A stretch of 64,000 nucleotides of DNA from Spirochaetota bacterium (GTDB lineage Bacteria > Spirochaetota > UBA4802 > UBA5550): positions 128,001-192,000 of the forward strand of contig CAXXHB010000002.1 of assembly GCA_963664815.2 (NCBI GenBank). Reading direction: 5' to 3'. Below the pieces are notes generated by a model that saw nothing but the letters and a program-made list of their open reading frames with translations, ran no database searches and was not told the origin of the DNA. Positions 1 through 10,314 of this stretch are shown one piece after another (within the stretch, counting starts at the first letter, position 1; the number at the start of each line of letters is the position of its first letter). The position numbers and the translations under genes are program-made.

Positions 1-3000
1 AACAATTACACGCTTTGTTCCCGCATAAAAAGCCCCTTCCATTAATGTTGTAAGATACTGGTAATCACATTTTGCACCTGTCTGGATAATACATGCAGGG
101 GAGATGGAGGAGGAGAACATCTCTTCCGCCGTTATGTCTTTCCCTGAACCGGCAATGTCAACAATCAGCGAATAATCTGAAAAAGATTTATCTTTCCCCT
201 CTGACACCGCAAGATTAACTCCTTCAACTGATGTTCCATTGACTGCATTTTCTTCGCTGTAGATACTGCCCGTAAAGCTGTTCGAATCCTTTAAATAGTA
301 TGGTATTCTGTCGAGAGTGTTAATAAAAATATAATCGGAGGATGACTTCAGGCTTCCGTTGTTAACCATATCTATTACCGGATCGCTGAGAAGAATAAAT
401 ACAGGCAACCCCTGAGTTCCGGCGAGTATACTGCTTATGTTATCCTTCACATATCCCGATGTCATCTTTGCTTTTGAGATTTTCCAGTAGAAGAGGCCTT
501 TACCGGTTTCATGAAACCTGAAAATATTATTGTTCACGGCAGGTTCAATGTAACCGGGTATATCAACGTAAGGTTTTATGGAACTATTGCTGTTTCCGAT
601 CTCTTTGATAACAGCTTTAAGTTTATCCTCCTCAAGGGATATATCTTTCTTTTTCGATACTATTTCTTTTGAGACGGGATCTGCTCCTGAAAGTAAAAAT
701 GATGTCAGTTCATTGCGCAATGCTGCAAGCTTTCCAAGCCCGGATGAATACTCATAGTACTTCTTCCGGTCATACTCATTGCTGAATTCCGGAGAAAGCG
801 AACTTATTGAAATGATCCTTGCAACACGGGAATATCTCTCGGCAATTTCAAAGGCTTTTTTTTCAACTCCTCTCTCTATCAAAAAATTTATATAATCATT
901 GTAGATTGTTTTAACCCTGTTTGCATGAGAACTGTAGACCGCAGGAAATTCCTCAATTAGCTGAATTGCCTGGCTGAAATACCTGTCGGCCATGGATTGG
1001 GAATCAGTTTTTTCCACCTCTCTCCCGTTCTGATTGAGAAAATTTCCCAGTTTATGGCATGAATTTATTTTTACCCACGAAAGTGAATTCTTTTCACTTA
1101 TACTGTTGGCATCCAGAAGCGAAACATATGCTTTTTCATAATCACCGGTTTTTTCATAACAGGACGCTGCATTCATCAGCAGTTTAGCCTTTAGCTCTTT
1201 ACTTCCCGACTTATCCGCCTCGGAGACAGCTGACTCAAAACTTTTAATACCCTCTTTATATAAATTAAAAATATCCCTGTTAACAGAATAGAGATCAGCT
1301 GCTTTTGAAGCCGACTTCCCGGAGAGAACAGGATCAGATGCATAAAGAATCTCTGCAAGATAATATTTCAGGATAGAGGCTGATACATCCAGCGAATAGT
1401 AGATTGCCACCGTCTCCTGTTCAATACGCTCTTTTGCTTCAGATAATTCCTGTTCAGAAACCTTCTCCTTTTTCTTTTCAGCCTTCTGTTCAAGAACCTC
1501 TGTCTCCTGTGCAATCCTTATACTGTAATAGTTTTTCCTGTAGCTTTCTATCTTCCCTATGAGTGATGATATTTTTTTTTGCCATTCTTTTACATCGCTG
1601 ATGTTATCCTCAATCATCAGGGCATAAAGGTTGACAAGATTCATCATCGCTTTTTTTGTTCCATCAAGGTTTGATTTCTCCCCGGCCAGGTCCCCCGCCC
1701 TGTTGAAAGAGATTTCGGCATCCTTTAACTTTCCTGAAACATAATAATAATATCCAAGATTATTAAGGGAGCGTATCCTTGCATCAACAGCAACCGAGGT
1801 TGTGGCCTCTTCGAGAACCATGATTTTTTCTTTAAGATACCTGATTGCCTCGGTATAATTTCCCGACTCAACTGCAATCTCCTCGTACAATGAGAGGTTT
1901 AGAAGTTTCTTATCCCGCGTATCAAGAGGGTAGAATATTTTATTGTTGCCAATTACCGCCGCATCTGCCCCGAGATTCAATACTGGAAATGGGCCCAACC
2001 CGAAAAGCTTTATCCTAAGATAGTATTTCCTTTCATCATCAGGGTACTTTTCAAGCATCGTCGCAGCGCGATCCAGGTTGTACTTGGCACTGTCAGGTCT
2101 CCCTGTCTTGATATAACAGTATGCTAATTCCTGGTAATAACGCGCCCTGTCAATTGTGAGTTTGTTGTCTTCAGCATATTTCAGTATCTTCCTGTACCAC
2201 TCTATTGCCTCAGTATATCTGTTCTCCTCCCTGCTGAACAGTGCAAAATACCTGTAAATTGTCAGATACTGGTATTTATACTTTTCACTCCCGCCGCTGA
2301 GAGACAGTGAATTATATATCTCATACGCTTTTTTTATCTCTTCTTCCGCTTCTTTTATGTCACTATTCTGCCATAATGAATATCCCAGATGAAAATGAAA
2401 GAGAGCTTTCTCAATGTCAGAGCCGAAACTTTTTTTATACTTCTCTGCAAGTTTGTACTCTTTCAATGCCCTGGGGTAATTCAGAAGAAGAAAATAGCTG
2501 TTCGCCATATTCAGATGCAGGTTACCCTCGTTTTCAGGTTTCAGACTTTCATCATTCACATTCAGGGCTTTCTCAAGGATAACCAGGTTTTCCTCCCAGA
2601 GATGTTTCGGGAAAAGTTTTCCGGCATACTTTTCAGCATTATCACCATTTGTATTCCTTTCCAGATCAATATACTGGTAAATCCAGCTTTTAAGTATATA
2701 AGGTTCAATGAAGGTATCATCCATAAAAAGGGCCCAGTCTACCTGTTCATCAGCCTTTTTAAATGCCTCATATATACCTGAAGGTGAAACAAAAACATTG
2801 TTATCGACAATTGATGTATTCAGCATCAGTGCTTTTTTCGTATAAATATAACCTAATCCGTATATTGCCGCTCTGTCAAAATCCATCCTGTATACAGAAA
2901 GATTGTTTTCATATTTCTTTTCCAGCTCTGCGATTCCCGTTTTACTATTCCACTCAGTATAAGCATCAATATAGAGAATATGGGCTTTCGGAGCATACTC

Positions 3001-5178
3001 TGTGTAAACTTCCGGATAAAGTCTGTTATTATGCATAAGAGTAACAAGGAAAATAAGTTTATCATATGTTTCGACAGCGTCTTTAAACTTTGCCGACTGT
3101 ACACTTTTCTCCCCGGTCTGTTCATAGTAGTTTACAAGCCAGAGCAGCCTCTCTTTGAAATTTTCTGTTTTAAAACGCCTCGAGTATTTTTTTACTCCGG
3201 CGCTGAAATATTTTTCGGCTTCAACAAAACGGCTCTGTCGTCTCTCTATCTCCCCGAGTTTTATATTCGACAGATAAGATGTAATATCATTCGGATGGGA
3301 CAGAGTAATAGACTGAAGTAGCTCCTCCCGGCTCTTATCTGATGAACCTTTACTGTCATACAAAAGACCGGCTACATAAGTCAGAACCGCCTGAATTTTT
3401 TTATCATCCTTATACTTAGCTTTAAGGTTCGATATCTTCGTAAGATATGTGTCTATCTCGGATGAGCTGTAAGCTGATCTGCTGAACGGTTCCACAAGAT
3501 TTTTGATGATCGATATTTTCTGATTGGTATTACCTTTGTTTAAAACTGTTACTGCTGAATCAGATATACCGGTTCTGCGGAGATCGTCGCCGCATAACGA
3601 AATCTTCAACTGTATGTCCAGCAGTCTTTCGAAATCGGGGAACTTCCCGGCAATATTGTTCAGATATTTAAGGGCAGAGGGATAATCCCCTTTTCTTATA
3701 AACCCATCAGCGATACTCTCAAGCGCGAAAGGTAGATAATATTTTACGTTTTTATCCCCTTCAAATTTTTTTTCAACGGATGAAATTTCAAGACCACCCT
3801 TACCTTCACCCTGTTTTTCAACTATATCAAGGATAAATGATGCATAGATATCCTTACTGTCAGACCTTTTTTTTATGATGGATATAATTCTCTTTGCCTC
3901 GTCGCTTTCTCCGCTCTTTTTATAATAGAGTGCCGCCTCTTCAAGCGCCCTGTCTACATAAGCACGCGAAGTGTTGTCAGTGTTTGCACCGAAATTAATG
4001 AAAACTGATTCAAGTGAGAGGAGATATTTTTCCCTGTCATCATATTCCTCAAGGTATGTGCTGCACATCTCATACTGAAGCCTGGCATTCTGTTTCTTCG
4101 GGATAATACCAGCTTCAGGTATAATGTTCAGGTTTATATTCTCTCCGGTAATATCAGTATAAATAATAACTCCGTTGTAATCCCTTGTGGAGAGAACAGG
4201 GAGCCACTTAGCCTTAAAGGATGAATCCGTCTTTTTCGTCATGGGATAAGAAAGGCCTTTTTTCGTGTCGATACACCTTATGATGGACCTGTCCTGAAGA
4301 TCAAGCACTCCGTTTTTATTGGTGTCCGATTCTATCGATGAATAGATTATGCTTGTATCGGTATTCATAAATGAAGGGTATAGCTTGATATTTTTATCTG
4401 AAGTAACTCTGCCCTCTTTGCCGCTATTAATATCCAGAATATAAAGATCGCCATTTTCATTTTCCCTGTACGAAACAAACACCAGTTTATTTCCATCCAT
4501 GGAGAATGAAGGATATTGCCCCCCCTTTTCGGTCAGCTTTTTCTTGTCAGAACCATCTGAATTCATAATCCAGATATTGGCAGTTCCACCCTTCGAAGAA
4601 GAATATGCAATTCTCCGGCTGTCAGGGCTCCATACGGGGTTGGCATCTTTTGTATTTATTATAACTCCTGAATCCATATCTCTTTCTATCGATATATTCA
4701 CAGCTATGTCATCAAGCGCCGAAAGAGCTGTAACAGATTTCTCCTGTTTTTTAATTAAATCTTCCGGTTTTATTTTCATTACAAAGATATCGCCCTCAGG
4801 GTCATCCCTGAAGGAGACAAAGGCCAGCCTTTTCCCGTTTGGTGATATTACAGGGGTAATATCCTTTGACGGGTGTGAAGTGAGCCGTACTGTAGTTATG
4901 TCTGTCATGGACCGAAGATAAATATCGAAGTTCCCGCCATCGCTGTTTGAAGAATAAAAGAAATACTTCCCGTCTCTCGAGATATCGCCGTCTGTTTCAA
5001 CAGCCTGCCCTATAGTGACAGGAATTACTCTTCCTACATTGAATCTGTAATCCTTGTCAATTATACCCTGGTAACTGAACTTAACATCTCCCGCATTTTT
5101 ATCATCACAGGAGAGAACAAAAGCCAGTACCGGTATTATTAAATATATTATTCTCTTTATAATTCTGTTCATTGCCAT
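1..5178 (-). CDS. Giant lipoprotein (>1726 aa, 3' end outside window): N-terminal PD40/TolB-like beta-propeller, TPR-rich helical middle, degenerate CHAT-like region
   Basis: Absent from the ORF track because no stop falls in the window. Manual translation from ATG 5178 gives MAMNRIIKRIIYLIIPVLAFVLSC (lipobox), then PD40-like repeats (DISRDGKYFFYSS, PVISPNGKRLAFVS) and a DTNKNGVLDLQD Ca-loop-like motif. The window edge reads LMEGAFYAGTKRVIV, similar to the CHAT 'AF.AGA..VI' motif. The frame was open wherever spot-checked. Confidence 0.85.
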   Translation of the reverse strand, partial: MAMNRIIKRIIYLIIPVLAFVLSCDDKNAGDVKFSYQGIIDKDYRFNVGRVIPVTIGQAVETDGDISRDGKYFFYSSNSDGGNFDIYLRSMTDITTVRLTSHPSKDITPVISPNGKRLAFVSFRDDPEGDIFVMKIKPEDLIKKQEKSVTALSALDDIAVNISIERDMDSGVIINTKDANPVWSPDSRRIAYSSSKGGTANIWIMNSDGSDKKKLTEKGGQYPSFSMDGNKLVFVSYRENENGDLYILDINSGKEGRVTSDKNIKLYPSFMNTDTSIIYSSIESDTNKNGVLDLQDRSIIRCIDTKKGLSYPMTKKTDSSFKAKWLPVLSTRDYNGVIIYTDITGENINLNIIPEAGIIPKKQNARLQYEMCSTYLEEYDDREKYLLSLESVFINFGANTDNTSRAYVDRALEEAALYYKKSGESDEAKRIISIIKKRSDSKDIYASFILDIVEKQGEGKGGLEISSVEKKFEGDKNVKYYLPFALESIADGFIRKGDYPSALKYLNNIAGKFPDFERLLDIQLKISLCGDDLRRTGISDSAVTVLNKGNTNQKISIIKNLVEPFSRSAYSSSEIDTYLTKISNLKAKYKDDKKIQAVLTYVAGLLYDSKGSSDKSREELLQSITLSHPNDITSYLSNIKLGEIERRQSRFVEAEKYFSAGVKKYSRRFKTENFKERLLWLVNYYEQTGEKSVQSAKFKDAVETYDKLIFLVTLMHNNRLYPEVYTEYAPKAHILYIDAYTEWNSKTGIAELEKKYENNLSVYRMDFDRAAIYGLGYIYTKKALMLNTSIVDNNVFVSPSGIYEAFKKADEQVDWALFMDDTFIEPYILKSWIYQYIDLERNTNGDNAEKYAGKLFPKHLWEENLVILEKALNVNDESLKPENEGNLHLNMANSYFLLLNYPRALKEYKLAEKYKKSFGSDIEKALFHFHLGYSLWQNSDIKEAEEEIKKAYEIYNSLSLSGGSEKYKYQYLTIYRYFALFSREENRYTEAIEWYRKILKYAEDNKLTIDRARYYQELAYCYIKTGRPDSAKYNLDRAATMLEKYPDDERKYYLRIKLFGLGPFPVLNLGADAAVIGNNKIFYPLDTRDKKLLNLSLYEEIAVESGNYTEAIRYLKEKIMVLEEATTSVAVDARIRSLNNLGYYYYVSGKLKDAEISFNRAGDLAGEKSNLDGTKKAMMNLVNLYALMIEDNISDVKEWQKKISSLIGKIESYRKNYYSIRIAQETEVLEQKAEKKKEKVSEQELSEAKERIEQETVAIYYSLDVSASILKYYLAEILYASDPVLSGKSASKAADLYSVNRDIFNLYKEGIKSFESAVSEADKSGSKELKAKLLMNAASCYEKTGDYEKAYVSLLDANSISEKNSLSWVKINSCHKLGNFLNQNGREVEKTDSQSMADRYFSQAIQLIEEFPAVYSSHANRVKTIYNDYINFLIERGVEKKAFEIAERYSRVARIISISSLSPEFSNEYDRKKYYEYSSGLGKLAALRNELTSFLLSGADPVSKEIVSKKKDISLEEDKLKAVIKEIGNSNSSIKPYVDIPGYIEPAVNNNIFRFHETGKGLFYWKISKAKMTSGYVKDNISSILAGTQGLPVFILLSDPVIDMVNNGSLKSSSDYIFINTLDRIPYYLKDSNSFTGSIYSEENAVNGTSVEGVNLAVSEGKDKSFSDYSLIVDIAGSGKDITAEEMFSSSISPACIIQTGAKCDYQYLTTLMEGAFYAGTKRVIV

Positions 5179-5190
5179 AGTCAATCTTCC

Positions 5191-5781
5191 CTATTTCTTC
5201 CTTGCCCATGTTCCGGAGTTTTCCTGGATCCATTCATCCTTTGCAGCCAGCCCCCTCTGATCAGCGGCAAATTCCCTGCCGAAGGCATCTGTCTCGCTCT
5301 TATCCGGTTCACTCCCTTTTGAAAGAAAAACAGAACGTTTAAAAATCTCCCTCCTTGCCCGGTTCTCCTCGTCTATAACAGCTGAAAGAATCTTTTTTTC
5401 TGCCGGGGATGATTCATACCTCTTTGTTTCCATATACTGGATATACCCCGTACTGGTTTCACCAAGCGCCCCCTCGCTTTTATACTCCCGTATTTTGTCA
5501 TAGTGGTATTCTCTCACCTTCATATATTTGAAGAGTTCCGGATCACCGGACATCTTCCCTGAAGTATTCCTCTTAGCTACAGTTGTTTTAACCGACGAGA
5601 CGGTCCATGCATCCTTTTCAAGCTCCATGTAATCTCCGACAATCTGCCTTTCAATAACAGTTTTTTCACCGGTAAGGTTAACCTCCGGCGATACTATACT
5701 TATACAACTCGGAGTTGAGCTGCACCCTGCGGTAATTACTGCTGCCGCTGCAGCTGTGATGATTATAATTTTTTTATACAT
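5191..5781 (-). CDS. DUF1318/YdbL-family lipoprotein (possible YnbE-like N-terminus)
   Basis: Signal peptide with lipobox ITAGC; C-terminal K..GALGE..GY..EN..RR..EWIQ..G.W.RK pattern typical of YdbL/DUF1318. Abuts the upstream gene's stop codon. Confidence 0.75.
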   Translation of the reverse strand: MYKKIIIITAAAAAVITAGCSSTPSCISIVSPEVNLTGEKTVIERQIVGDYMELEKDAWTVSSVKTTVAKRNTSGKMSGDPELFKYMKVREYHYDKIREYKSEGALGETSTGYIQYMETKRYESSPAEKKILSAVIDEENRARREIFKRSVFLSKGSEPDKSETDAFGREFAADQRGLAAKDEWIQENSGTWARKK

Positions 5782-8733
5782 TTATTTCGCCTCCGAAACT
5801 TTTCTTAAGTATTCCTGTATTGGAATCCGGTCGAATACGACCTCGTCATTATCCACTTTTATAAAAAAACTGAGAGCCTTCCCCGTAAATTTTACTGTTG
5901 TGTAAACAAGTCCTTTATCAAGTCTGAAGTCAAAACTTTTTATCAGCAGGGAGTTATCAACAGCAAACTGTACAGGTTTCCCCAGCTTCGATTTGCCCTT
6001 CTCCTGGCTCAGTCCCTTCATAAGCCTGTTCGCAAACTCCTCACCGATTTTGTATATGTTAATACTGCCTGAAGGAGTCAACTCTTTGTTTATATCAAGT
6101 CCCTTTCCTGAAAAATTCGCATTCAGAGAGAGCTCCGCTTCCTTCGAAATATTTACTGTCTTCGTATCATCCAGCCGTCCTATATTAACATTTGAGACAT
6201 CAAGTTTAACACTGAATTCCATATTGTCCTTTTTTAAATCTGCAATATTGAACAATATCGTCCTGCCATATATCGAGCCATCCATAATGCTCGCTTTAAG
6301 ATCAGATATTCTGAAAACATTGTCCCTGAAGGCCATATACGCCGAAAAATTCTTCATATATTCATAAGACGTATTCCTCACCGGATGCCTGGATTTTACC
6401 GAGGCTATTGTAAAATTCGGTTTATCCGAAAACTGTTCGTTGTCTATAACCTGGTTCTGGTTAACACTGATGTATGATCTGGTTACCTTTTTCTCCCTGA
6501 ACTCATACTCAAAAGGGAAGTTCATGTTGAAACCGGAAACTGCCAGCATTGCTTCATCGTTTTTCAGATTAAAGTCTTTAAACTCCAGGTTCCCATGCGC
6601 TTTCCCTGTAGCGAGGTCCCCTTTCATATATGCGGAGAGTTTAAGCACACCGGAAGTATTCCATGGTCCCCACACGCTTTTCATTTTAGGATTGTTAAGT
6701 TCAAAGGTAATTTTCAGGTTAGAATCCGAAAGCGGGGCTTTTTTTAGCTCTACAGTACCGCCGGCATTCAGCGCAAGATTCATGTTTCTGCTGCCAAGAT
6801 AGATAGTATCAAGCGTAACCCTCTTAGCCTTATTGTCCTGCACAACTGCCGCCTTGAGCTTAAGATCATTCACACCATAGTCGGGAATCTTTGCAAGCAT
6901 TTCAAGCCCGGCTTTAAGTGTATCGCCACCCATGAAAAAATTAAGTCCCAGGTTTATATCAACCGGTTTTTTAAGAGGTATACCGGCAACCTGTTTCCTG
7001 AAACGTCCGGGAACCATTGCTGATAGTGGCACTGTATTAATCCTGAACCTGGTTATATTAATACTCCCATCCATCGCCTTTCCCATATTGATATCGCCGG
7101 TAAGGTTCATAGAGAGAACATTGCCCCCGCCGGGATTGAAGAAATCAAAACTGACTCCATTTATTTTCACTCTCTTGAAATTATTTATTCCAGTTGCCGA
7201 TGCGGTCAGCCTTAAACCGTTATCACCGGACTTGCTGCCATCAATTACATATGCAAGGTGAGGTAGATTAATCCCTGCACCGATATTCATTGTGCTCCCG
7301 GACATCAGGGCCGAGTAGTTAAAATCGAGTAAGGGGATTGAAGCCTCGGTTCCGGGAATTTTAAAGTAGATTTTTTTCAGGGTAATTTTACCTTTAATAT
7401 CAGGATTCTTCGCATTTCCTTTAACAGTAAGGGGGAAGAGTGAAATCTCCCCGCTGAATTTTGTCTTCCTGTCCCCTGTCATCAGGACATAATATGGATA
7501 AAGGTCTTTCAGCGGAATAAGGCTCTCATCCATTTTGATGTTCAACCCCTGGTTTTTTGTAACACTGCTTACGGTTCCGGAAAGTTTCAGCCAGTTGGTG
7601 TTCATAAAGCTGAAGCTGAAGTTATTGATTTTGAGAATGTCATTTATCGGGTTATAGAAAATATCATATGCTACTAAAAAATTAAACGGTGAGAAAAACT
7701 TATTCTTCAGCCGCAGAGGCATTCTCTTTGCTCCTATATTCATTGAACTGTTAAACTCCGGAATCTGTCCATTGCTGAAAATGAGCTTCCAGTTCAGAAC
7801 CAGTTCCGGGACAGTTGATGCGGCTTTTGAGTAGAACTTCACATTCATGCCGTTGCGGGGATTAAGTTCAAACTTCATGGTTTTCAGAATGCGCACAGCC
7901 TCTATCGACTTTGGGATGACTTTAAATGGCGGAACATCGATATTCGCGTTAAATGACAGTCCGGTAAGCTCCGTGGAGAAATCCTCGCCATTTACATATA
8001 CACAAAGATCATCGAGGATAAATTTGAAAAGAAAATCTACTGCTACTGGAAGTTTTATCTCTCTGGATGGCGGTTCATCGCTTTCTTCCTTTTTTTTCTT
8101 CTCCGGTTCTTTTTCAGGCTTCTTCTCTGATGGTTTCATAAGAACTGCCGCGTTCCATACACCCTTTTTCTGCGTCAGATAAACTCTCGGTTTGTAGATG
8201 CCTATTTCCGGAAACCTTATACTACCTGTAAATATCCGGAAGAATCCATAATCAAATACCAGCTTTTCCATCTCAAAAAGTTTTGCCCTGCCGAAATCCT
8301 CACCGCTGCGGATTACGATATTCTTTATAACAAATCCCCTGTAAGGATTAAAGCTTTCTACCTTCATGTCGAGAGTGCCATATGATGCTCCTGCAAAACC
8401 ATTTTTTGCCAGAGCCTCAATAGTCTGAGGTTTCAGATATATCTGCAGAAAAAACAAAACCGCAGCAACAAGTACGATGATAAGCAGAGGGATGCGGACA
8501 AAAAGCGTTTTGGCAGACTGAATGAATATTCTCACTCCCAAAGGTCTTGATTTCTTTGCCGTCTTTTTCTCTTTTGTCTCCTCTTTGCCGGTGAGCTTCT
8601 TTTTCTCAGGCAATGCCTTTTTTTGAGATGAACTCTGAACATCTTCATCCGGCATTACTTCTTTCAATTTTTCTTTAATGCTGCTCTTTGATTTTTTACC
8701 AAAAAGGTTTTTAAGCCGGTTTAACTTTAACAT
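5782..8733 (-). CDS. AsmA-like/YdbH-like periplasmic bridge protein (Leptospira LIC11026-like)
   Basis: 983 aa: Lys-rich cytoplasmic N-terminus, one TM helix, then about 880 aa of alternating beta-strand sequence. Directly upstream of a YdbL-like gene. Confidence 0.7.
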   Translation of the reverse strand: MLKLNRLKNLFGKKSKSSIKEKLKEVMPDEDVQSSSQKKALPEKKKLTGKEETKEKKTAKKSRPLGVRIFIQSAKTLFVRIPLLIIVLVAAVLFFLQIYLKPQTIEALAKNGFAGASYGTLDMKVESFNPYRGFVIKNIVIRSGEDFGRAKLFEMEKLVFDYGFFRIFTGSIRFPEIGIYKPRVYLTQKKGVWNAAVLMKPSEKKPEKEPEKKKKEESDEPPSREIKLPVAVDFLFKFILDDLCVYVNGEDFSTELTGLSFNANIDVPPFKVIPKSIEAVRILKTMKFELNPRNGMNVKFYSKAASTVPELVLNWKLIFSNGQIPEFNSSMNIGAKRMPLRLKNKFFSPFNFLVAYDIFYNPINDILKINNFSFSFMNTNWLKLSGTVSSVTKNQGLNIKMDESLIPLKDLYPYYVLMTGDRKTKFSGEISLFPLTVKGNAKNPDIKGKITLKKIYFKIPGTEASIPLLDFNYSALMSGSTMNIGAGINLPHLAYVIDGSKSGDNGLRLTASATGINNFKRVKINGVSFDFFNPGGGNVLSMNLTGDINMGKAMDGSINITRFRINTVPLSAMVPGRFRKQVAGIPLKKPVDINLGLNFFMGGDTLKAGLEMLAKIPDYGVNDLKLKAAVVQDNKAKRVTLDTIYLGSRNMNLALNAGGTVELKKAPLSDSNLKITFELNNPKMKSVWGPWNTSGVLKLSAYMKGDLATGKAHGNLEFKDFNLKNDEAMLAVSGFNMNFPFEYEFREKKVTRSYISVNQNQVIDNEQFSDKPNFTIASVKSRHPVRNTSYEYMKNFSAYMAFRDNVFRISDLKASIMDGSIYGRTILFNIADLKKDNMEFSVKLDVSNVNIGRLDDTKTVNISKEAELSLNANFSGKGLDINKELTPSGSINIYKIGEEFANRLMKGLSQEKGKSKLGKPVQFAVDNSLLIKSFDFRLDKGLVYTTVKFTGKALSFFIKVDNDEVVFDRIPIQEYLRKVSEAK

Positions 8734-9184
8734 TTCGAACTACCTGTCACATTTTAATTATATGCGCTATCTCTACAATAAGACAAAATATATATACAGA
8801 ATATTATAAAATGAATCAACAAGAATGCCTGCTATTAAAAAGTAAAGGGAAAACAATGCTTTTAATTCACATATACAATAATTAGATAGTTATATTTTAA
8901 AATTCAAGTAAAAGTTATAAAAATATTATCCTTTAATACAGTAAATAAGACATATAATCCGGCATTTATTTAATATCAAAATACTGACTGTTCCTAGAAA
9001 AACAGTTTTCCAATTTTAACTACAGGCTGCTTCTCCAGCAGCAGATTACAATCATTATATTCAAAATATTGCAGCTCCTGTTTATAACAGAACTGCCGGA
9101 TTTTGCAGAAAATAAGGCATATAAACCGATTATAATCGGGAAAGATAATTGACAATTATATCTGCATGGAAAGACTGATACCAG

Positions 9185-9318
<134 letters not shown>

Positions 9319-9431
9319 CGGGGCAGTTCTATGCATATGGAATTCTGTATTCCGGTATGCGTTTATTTATTTCTTCCACCACTCATACCTCAACCCTGGT
9401 GAAAATAATAATTTTTATCAAGGAGTCGGGA

Positions 9432-10094
9432 ATGAACAATTACCAGAACAACCATCAGAATCTTTTATCTCAATACGGAAATAAGACTGAAAGAGTCGAA
9501 TCAGCGCTTTTATCTCTCCGCAACGGAAAAGGTATTCTTCTTGTCGATGATGAAAACCGCGAAAACGAAGGGGATCTCATTTTTCCTGCAGAAACTGTAA
9601 ATGTACAGCAGATGGCGCTGCTTATAAGGGAATGCAGCGGTATTGTCTGTCTCTGTTTAACAGAAGAAAAGACCATTCAGCTTAATCTGCCGATGATGGT
9701 AACAAACAACAGCAGCCGGTACCAGACTGCATTCACTGTTTCCATTGAAGCGAAAGAGGGAGTTACAACAGGAGTATCTGCCGCTGACCGGGTAAAAACC
9801 ATTCAGACCGCTGTAAACGATCTGTGCAGACCGGAGGATCTCAACAGGCCGGGTCATGTCTTCCCTCTGAGAGCAAGAAACGGCGGAGTCTTTGAGCGGA
9901 GGGGACATACAGAGGGAACAGTTGATTTAATGAAACTCGCCGGATACAGGCCCTCGGGTGTATTATGTGAACTGACAAATCCGGACGGCACAATGGCAAA
10001 GCTTCCTGGTATAATAAACTTCGGCAAGGATCACGGGATACCGGTTGTCACTATTGAAGATATTGCTGAATACCGTTTAATGAATAAATGCTGA
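9432..10094 (+). CDS. ribB: 3,4-dihydroxy-2-butanone-4-phosphate synthase (stand-alone)
   Basis: [37 protein letters not shown] and RRGHTE motifs. Start moved to ATG 9432, after the AGGAG SD. Confidence 0.96.
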   Translation: MNNYQNNHQNLLSQYGNKTERVESALLSLRNGKGILLVDDENRENEGDLIFPAETVNVQQMALLIRECSGIVCLCLTEEKTIQLNLPMMVTNNSSRYQTAFTVSIEAKEGVTTGVSAADRVKTIQTAVNDLCRPEDLNRPGHVFPLRARNGGVFERRGHTEGTVDLMKLAGYRPSGVLCELTNPDGTMAKLPGIINFGKDHGIPVVTIEDIAEYRLMNKC

Positions 10095-10314
10095 CAATCC
10101 GGTAACTGCAGTTTTTTTCAGTTGAATCAGCATATATTATAATTGATGTTTTCGCGGACATTCATAACGGTTGCGCATCCTCTCAAAGACAAAGCCTTTG
10201 AGAGGATATTTTTATTTTTTAATTCTAACAGCAATTTTACTTTCTTTTAATTCAGATAACAAATCTTTAAAATATGTATTGTCTTTTCTAAGATATTTTT
10301 TATACATTGAATTT

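Noticed and set aside
2307-8182. Plus-strand ORFs in the track (2307-3321, 4499-4921, 5993-8182) and minus ORF 2853-3125
   Set aside because: They are shadow or alternate-frame ORFs of the long minus-strand genes, with non-protein-like composition.
8985-9097. Several short hairpins upstream of the FMN riboswitch promoter
   Set aside because: Stems are only 5-6 bp, with no U-tract or recognisable motif; consistent with chance.
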